Source of the DNA: Candidatus Bruticola sp.
GTDB lineage: Bacteria > Vulcanimicrobiota > Xenobia > Xenobiales > Xenobiaceae
Direction: 5' to 3'
Assembly: GCA_051874735.1 (NCBI GenBank)
Contig: JBJEGD010000040.1
Span: 26,438 to 90,437, forward strand
Length of the DNA: 64,000 bases
Made by a program: the position numbers and the translations under genes. Under the pieces are notes generated by a model. It did not search any database. It saw only the letters and a program-made list of their open reading frames with translations, and had not been told where the DNA came from. Positions 58,448 through 64,000 of the stretch are shown piece after piece; the stretch's first letter is position 1; each line of letters begins with the position of its first letter.

Positions 58448-59617
58448 TCAATATGCACCCAGTTTTTGTTTATCTTGATGTTTGCGTACAGCTTGAGCAA
58501 AAATATTCAGCATATTTTGAGCGTGTATTTGGGGAGTGAACCGTTGCACTCGTTTTAGACCCAGTTCGGCTTTTTCGGCAAATAAACTTTGATATTCTAA
58601 ACTTCTTCGGTATTTTAGTATAAAACGTAGCTTTTCAAGCAAATTTTTGGTATCGGACTGATCGTAATAGAAAGGTACAGAACCGCCTATCTCTGGTAAA
58701 GCTGCGCATTTCGAACTTAAAATAGGGCATGAACAGCTCATAGCTTCTGCCATAGGCAGAAAAAAGCCCTCGTAAGTTGAAACGGCAGCTAAGCAATCGC
58801 AGTAGGAATATGGTTCAACTATTTGTTCTTGAGTAAGTTGACCTAGAAAGACCAAATGGTCGCTTAACTGCGCCATCAATTTATGCACATTGCTCATATA
58901 GCGATCGAAAGAACTGGGAAAGAGTTTTTGATACAGGCTGATCTGGTATTCAGGTTTGGGCCCAGCTACGACAATTTTATGGGAAAATTCATCTTTGATA
59001 TAACTGAAAGCTTCCAACAGCTGGAGAAAATTTTTGTTTTTATCGTACGGATTGCCTACAAAGAGGATAAAAGGAGCTCCCTGGGTATGTGACTTCATAT
59101 ACTGCAGTCGCTTTACTTCATTGTGACAATTAAGGGCAGCTTGGCTGCGAAAAAACACTGGATTTATGCTGTTGTAGCAGACAGTAAGAATTTTATGCTC
59201 GTCTCCTAAATAATAACTGAATTCCTTATTTTTGACGTATTCTGAAGTCGCAGCGGCGTACTCCAACTGGGAAGAGAGCTTCTTCCAGTTTCTGTAAGGT
59301 TGAAATCGTGAACACTTTTTCCAAAAAGTTACGTCGTGGACTGTTAGAACTTTAGCACAGGGAAGTAACTTGTCAACTCTATCCCAAGGGTACCAGCAGA
59401 CGTCCAAATTTTCAGGAGCATTTTTAAAAGTAAGGCAGGGGCCTAAGTGACCGACTTCTTGTTTTAAGCTTTCTAGCAAATGAGGTTTAAAAGTTAGGAA
59501 AAAGAGTTGATCGTCGTACGATTTGACCTTTTCATATCCTGCTAAAAAGTTTCTTACTACCATGCCCATACCTCGGCTATCTCTGGGCAGAAAAGTTGAG
59601 TCTATGCCTATAATCAT
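58448..59617 (-). CDS. Glycosyltransferase family 4
   Basis: 'MIIGID', 'TVHD', 'KNF..LLEAF', 'STYEGFFLPMAEAM', 'ALPEIGG'. Confidence 0.9.
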   Translation of the reverse strand: MIIGIDSTFLPRDSRGMGMVVRNFLAGYEKVKSYDDQLFFLTFKPHLLESLKQEVGHLGPCLTFKNAPENLDVCWYPWDRVDKLLPCAKVLTVHDVTFWKKCSRFQPYRNWKKLSSQLEYAAATSEYVKNKEFSYYLGDEHKILTVCYNSINPVFFRSQAALNCHNEVKRLQYMKSHTQGAPFILFVGNPYDKNKNFLQLLEAFSYIKDEFSHKIVVAGPKPEYQISLYQKLFPSSFDRYMSNVHKLMAQLSDHLVFLGQLTQEQIVEPYSYCDCLAAVSTYEGFFLPMAEAMSCSCPILSSKCAALPEIGGSVPFYYDQSDTKNLLEKLRFILKYRRSLEYQSLFAEKAELGLKRVQRFTPQIHAQNMLNIFAQAVRKHQDKQKLGAY

Positions 59618-59815
59618 TGGTGCATTTCTCTCTTAAAAATGGTCTTACTTAGTAAATTACAGTTTTTCTAGGCACTAGCAAAAAGGAACAAAGCGACATT
59701 GAGTTTTCTATTGGCGCTTATAACTTAGTACAATAAAGTGCAGACTATGTAGACATAAAAACTAAAATTTTGTTAGGCAGGCTTTACCAGATGGTTTTAA
59801 GAAAAAAACACAGCT

Positions 59816-60211
59816 ATGAAATGGTCTGCTGCTTTGCTGCGCTCCGGCTTAATAAATTTTACCGCTGTAGCTTTAAGCCTGATGACAGGTATTTTTATTT
59901 GGGCCTTTTTGCAGAATCCGTTTAATTTATATAAAACCGGATGGGAAGCTGTTTATCCAGAAAATTTACTGATCTTTAGTTTTTTAGTTGGGGCCTCTTT
60001 TGCTGCTTGGTCTTGCTCCTGTTTAGCTAGCTCTAAAATTATGTACATTTATACTCCGCTGTCACTGGCTCTTTTAGTTTATGCCAATAGCTGTCCTGGT
60101 TTTGCCCTGTCGCTCTGCGTTGTATTCGTGTGGCTGCTGTTAGCTTATATGCTCCATAAAGGTATTGTAGGTCAAACACCCCAGCCTGAAAAATTGAACG
60201 AGGGAAAATAA
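59816..60211 (+). CDS. Small hypothetical membrane protein (about 4 TM)
   Basis: Hydrophobic 131-aa ORF filling the gap between genes. Confidence 0.55.
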   Translation: MKWSAALLRSGLINFTAVALSLMTGIFIWAFLQNPFNLYKTGWEAVYPENLLIFSFLVGASFAAWSCSCLASSKIMYIYTPLSLALLVYANSCPGFALSLCVVFVWLLLAYMLHKGIVGQTPQPEKLNEGK

Positions 60212-60225
60212 AGCTGCTGAAAATT

Positions 60226-60843
60226 TTAATCAGCTGCAGGCGGAAGCAAAGATAGTATAGCTTCGGCTAAAGGCAGTGGCGTGTTGCGTTCAATATAAGT
60301 GCGGGCCGACTCGATAAACTCGTTAAAAGATATTTGAGGATTTTGGTGAGCGTAGCGATCCGCCTGCAGAGCCATTTCCAGTTTGTCTAGGGCGTGAACA
60401 AACTTAGCTTCCGGAGTAGTACTGCGCTGATATTCGGTAAATCGTTCTGCCATTATAGAACCATTGGGTAGCGGTCTGCATATAGCGCGGAAGGCTGTTT
60501 TTTCTCGGCAGGCTTTATCTTGGGGAGTTACATTGTCATAAGGGGTAAGATCGCCAACATTCACTTCCGCCCAGTCGTGAACTACAGCCATTTCTAATAC
60601 TTTCTGTCTGTCCATATTGTCAGGACATAAAGACAGAGCCAGAGCGGCTGTTCCCCAACTATGATCGGCGCTGCTTTCCGGGTTGTTAAGGCCCACACGC
60701 TGCCATCCCGCCCTTTTTACTTCTTTAAGAGCGGGGATAGTGTTGAGAACCCCGGTAATGTTGTTTATGCAACAATTTTGCCGTTCAGGTTCGCGGCATT
60801 CTTGCTCTGTTTGCGTCCGATTCTGTTGGGACCTTAAGCGCAT
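60226..60843 (-). CDS. HD-domain phosphohydrolase (HDDC2/YfbR-like 5'-deoxynucleotidase family)
   Basis: 'LKEVKRAGW', 'ESSADHSW', 'VHDWAE...GD', 'EAKFVHALDKLE'. Confidence 0.9.
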   Translation of the reverse strand: MRLRSQQNRTQTEQECREPERQNCCINNITGVLNTIPALKEVKRAGWQRVGLNNPESSADHSWGTAALALSLCPDNMDRQKVLEMAVVHDWAEVNVGDLTPYDNVTPQDKACREKTAFRAICRPLPNGSIMAERFTEYQRSTTPEAKFVHALDKLEMALQADRYAHQNPQISFNEFIESARTYIERNTPLPLAEAILSLLPPAAD

Positions 60844-61658
60844 ATCATACCTACTATAGCGTCAAAGAGCCAATCAGGAGCATATTTTTTGAAGAAGAGT
60901 AAAACTTTGGCGTCGAGGGGGCCTGCATAGCGCAGTTGGGGGGAGCGGGCGCTGAGCGCTTTAACGATAAGGTTGGCAATATAATCGGGGGAACCGACTA
61001 AGGCGTCGCTGTAATTAAGTTTTAATACTTTGCTCATTTTGGCACAGATCTTAGCATACGGACCTTGAGCTGAAGTTTGCTGCATTTTATTGATAGCTAT
61101 ATCTGACCATTCTGAACGGATTACGCCAGGTTCAATCAGCACTACCTTTATTCCGTAAGGAGCAACCTCATGGCGCAGGCTGTCAGATAGAGCTTCTACC
61201 GCCCGCTTAGAGGCGTAATACCATGAGCCCATAGGGGTATAAATTTGGCCTCCCATAGATGATATATTGATAATGCGTCCGCTCTGTTGTTGACGCATAA
61301 AGGGCAACACTTCTCGCGTCATAGAAGCTAGACCGAATACATTTACTTCGAATTGATTATGGGCTTCTTCGTTGCTGACTTCTTCAAAAGCTCCGTAAGA
61401 GCCGTAGCCGGCGTTATTTATTAGAGCGTCTATGCGGCCGACTTCTTCTATTATTTTGCCCACACAAGCAGCACAGGAGTCGGGTGAGGTTACATCGAGG
61501 CTTACAGGGCGCAGGCCTAGTTTGGCCAATTCGGCCATCGGTTCTTGACGTCGGGCTGCTCCGTAAATCGTCCAGCCCTGATGTAAAAGAGCGCGCGCTG
61601 TGGCGGCTCCTATGCCTGAAGATGCCCCCGTTATTAAGCATACTTGACTCACAGTCAC
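60834..61658 (-). CDS. Short-chain dehydrogenase/reductase
   Basis: 'TGASSGIG', 'NNAG', 'SS', 'YYASK', 'IEPG'. Confidence 0.95.
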   Translation of the reverse strand: MTVSQVCLITGASSGIGAATARALLHQGWTIYGAARRQEPMAELAKLGLRPVSLDVTSPDSCAACVGKIIEEVGRIDALINNAGYGSYGAFEEVSNEEAHNQFEVNVFGLASMTREVLPFMRQQQSGRIINISSMGGQIYTPMGSWYYASKRAVEALSDSLRHEVAPYGIKVVLIEPGVIRSEWSDIAINKMQQTSAQGPYAKICAKMSKVLKLNYSDALVGSPDYIANLIVKALSARSPQLRYAGPLDAKVLLFFKKYAPDWLFDAIVGMICA

Positions 61659-61840
61659 TAAAAATCTCCTGATAATAAAAACTTGAAGGCGGTACTTTTT
61701 TTATTCTGCGCGTTCTTCCTTTTTGAAAGGGCAGCAATTAGTTGAAAAGCCTTTATAGGCTTAAGTTTATGAAAAAGATAGAGTGTCAAAAACTAAAAGT
61801 ACTAGACTATTTATATTTTTTTGGAGTATAATATCGCGCT

Positions 61841-63676
61841 ATGGAACGCAAAGATTTAAGAAATTTAGCAATTATTGCTCACATCGACCACGGAAAAACC
61901 ACTCTGGTCGATGGTTTGCTGCGCCAAGCCGGAGCTTTCAGAGTTGGACAAGATGTAGTTGAACGCGTTATGGACTCTAACGATTTAGAGCGTGAACGTG
62001 GCATTACGATCTTGGCTAAAAATACTTCTGTAGTATATGGCGATGTAACTTTAAATATTGTAGATACACCCGGACATGTCGATTTTTCCAGTGAAGTTGA
62101 GCGAATTCTGGGCATGGTTGACGGCTGTCTGCTGGTTGTCGATGCTTTTGAAGGGCCGATGGCTCAGACCCGTTTTGTGTTAAAAAAGGCTTTGGAGACC
62201 GGTTTATCTCCTATTCTAGTAGTCAATAAGATCGACCGCCCCGATGCTCGCCCTCAGCAAGTTGTCGATGAAGTGTTGGAACTTTTTATCGATTTAGGAG
62301 CCGATGATAAGCAGATAGATTTTCCTGTAGTTTATGCCTCTGCCCGCAAGCAGGTGGCTTCTTACAGTCCCGATGGTCCTTTTGAGAACTTGCAGCCTCT
62401 TTATGAGACTATCATTAAGCATATACCTTGCCCCAAAGGCGATCCCGATGCTCCATTGCAGATGCAAGTCAGCAACCTCGATTACGATGAGTATGTCGGA
62501 CGTTTAGCCATTGGGCGTATTGTCAACGGAAAGATCGCTCCTGCTAAGAGCATTTGTTACGGAACCTCTGTAGATAAATGTCGCAATGGTAAAATCGGAC
62601 AGGTTATGGGCTATGTAGGCTTGAGCAAAAAGCCTATTGAAACCGCTTCTGTAGGCGATATTGTGGCTTTGACCGGTTTGCCCGACGTCGCTTTAGGAGA
62701 CACGATTACTGAAATAGAAAATCCCGTTTTCTTGCCCGGACTCGATATAGAAGAGCCAACTTTGGCTATGACTTTTATGGCCACAGACAGTCCATTTGCT
62801 GGTCGCGATGGCAAGTATGTAACTTCCCGTCAGCTGCGCGACCGTCTCATGCGTGAAGCTGAGCGCAATGTGGGATTGAGAGTGAAGCCTGTTGAAGGTA
62901 CGACCGATGCGTTTGAAGTCTGCGGGCGAGGCGAGCTTCATCTTTCTATTCTGTTAGAGACTATGCGCCGCGAAGGTTATGAACTGTCGGTAACTGCTCC
63001 TCGTGTAATTACTAAAGTAGTTAACGGCGAGCTTTTGGAGCCTATTGAAAACCTGACTATCGATATCCCCGAAGAGTGCATGGGGCCGATTATGGAGAAA
63101 GTTGGGGCTAGAAGAGGCGATCTTATCAATATGACTGGAAGCGGCAGCGGCAGACTCCATCTGGAATTTTCTATTCCTGCTCGCGGTTTGGTTGGCTTCC
63201 GCTCGGAGTGCCTGACTATTACTCGAGGCTACGGCGTCATGAATTATCTGTTTGCCGGTTATGGCCCTTATCGTGGTGAAATTGCCAGACGCACGCGTGG
63301 TTCCTTAGTTACAGGTGAAACTGGTACGGCTACTTCCTATGCTTTATTTAACTTACAGGATCGCGGTGTATTCTTTATTTCTCCTGGCGATGAAGTTTAC
63401 ACTGGTCAGATTGTTGGAGAGCACTGTCGCCCTAACGATCTCGATGTCAATGCCTGCAAGAAGAAGCACGTGACTAATATGCGCTCTTCTACTTCCGATG
63501 AGGCTGTCCGTCTCGATGAGCCGCGCAAGTTGACTCTTGAACAGTGTCTTGAGTTTATTGCTGATGATGAATTGGTGGAAATAACTCCTCACTGTCTGCG
63601 TATGCGTAAAGCGGTGCTCGATCCGGCAACGAGAGCTAAACAGCGTAAAGATAGGGAAAAGCGCGACGGTAAATAA
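61841..63676 (+). CDS. typA: Translational GTPase TypA/BipA
   Basis: '[10 protein letters not shown]', '[10 protein letters not shown]', 'DTPGH', 'NKID', 'GRGELHL', 'TNMRSS', 'DELVEITP'. Confidence 0.98.
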   Translation: MERKDLRNLAIIAHIDHGKTTLVDGLLRQAGAFRVGQDVVERVMDSNDLERERGITILAKNTSVVYGDVTLNIVDTPGHVDFSSEVERILGMVDGCLLVVDAFEGPMAQTRFVLKKALETGLSPILVVNKIDRPDARPQQVVDEVLELFIDLGADDKQIDFPVVYASARKQVASYSPDGPFENLQPLYETIIKHIPCPKGDPDAPLQMQVSNLDYDEYVGRLAIGRIVNGKIAPAKSICYGTSVDKCRNGKIGQVMGYVGLSKKPIETASVGDIVALTGLPDVALGDTITEIENPVFLPGLDIEEPTLAMTFMATDSPFAGRDGKYVTSRQLRDRLMREAERNVGLRVKPVEGTTDAFEVCGRGELHLSILLETMRREGYELSVTAPRVITKVVNGELLEPIENLTIDIPEECMGPIMEKVGARRGDLINMTGSGSGRLHLEFSIPARGLVGFRSECLTITRGYGVMNYLFAGYGPYRGEIARRTRGSLVTGETGTATSYALFNLQDRGVFFISPGDEVYTGQIVGEHCRPNDLDVNACKKKHVTNMRSSTSDEAVRLDEPRKLTLEQCLEFIADDELVEITPHCLRMRKAVLDPATRAKQRKDREKRDGK

Positions 63677-63694
63677 GCTTTTCTAGTTACAGTT

Positions 63695-63732
63695 AGCCTG
63701 CAGCTATTTTTTCCTGCTGCAGGCTTTTTTTT
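63695..63732 (+). terminator. Intrinsic terminator after typA
   Basis: AGCCTGCAGC-N11-GCTGCAGGCT followed by a T-run. Confidence 0.85.
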
Positions 63733-63914
63733 GTAAATACGCTTTCAGTTCCGCCAGCTTATTTTTATTCTACCTTAGTTTTTCTGTCGCTACGTTTATC
63801 TTTAGATGCCGTCTTTAGGCATTTACTGTCGGTATTGAGCCGGTATTCCTAGCGTTATTGGCTCTCAAACTTTTTGCGTACATTTTTTTAACATCATTTT
63901 TTTTATTTAAGTAC

Positions 63915-63988
63915 TTGACAGCGGCTAAGCTGAGCAGTAATATATTCGAGCAGTCGCGATGAGGCGACGCAGAAAGTTTTGACAACAG
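63915..63988 (+). promoter_or_regulatory. Strong promoter with boxB/boxA-like leader (probable rRNA operon start)
   Basis: T-rich UP-like tract, TTGACA-N17-TAATAT, hairpin GTCGC-GATGAG-GCGAC, then boxA-like AAGTTTTGACAAC. Confidence 0.55.
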
Positions 63989-64000
63989 TAGAAATTATTG

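Noticed and set aside
1-64000. CRISPR array, IS element/integrase, prophage, tRNA
   Set aside because: No regularly spaced repeats, no transposase, integrase or phage motifs, and no cloverleaf recognised by eye. Short RNAs could have been missed.

Overview
Chromosomal window from a diderm (LPS-making) bacterium, mostly housekeeping genes: ruvAB, a Ktr K+ uptake pair, an MsbA-like ABC exporter, comM, iscS/iscU, aroC, glgC/glgD, aspS, topoisomerase IV-like parC-parE, LPS core and lipid A genes (2x GT9, GT2, GT-C, LpxB-like, hldE, GT4) and typA. It ends in what looks like an rRNA-operon promoter and leader. I saw no mobile element, CRISPR array, tRNA or rRNA. Two accessory systems stand out. (1) At 25.5-28.2 kb is a candidate undescribed RiPP-like locus: two tandem proteins with internal signal-peptide-like segments and C-terminal His-x-Asn/Trp-x-Asn repeat cores, a terminator-like hairpin, then a SPASM-domain radical-SAM-fold protein that lacks the CxxxCxxC motif and has a C-terminal PqqD/RRE-like domain. 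(2) At 32.6-37.4 kb is a Zn/Mn-type ABC importer plus His-rich outer-membrane barrel, headed by a DUF2946-like CxxC...RSPP leader ORF whose last codons base-pair with the downstream ribosome-binding site, suggesting metal-responsive ribosome-arrest control. A four-gene minor-pilin cluster lies between the two systems. All calls come from motif recognition by eye; no searches were run. Lineage is a weak guess only (possibly Eremiobacterota/Vulcanimicrobiota-like).
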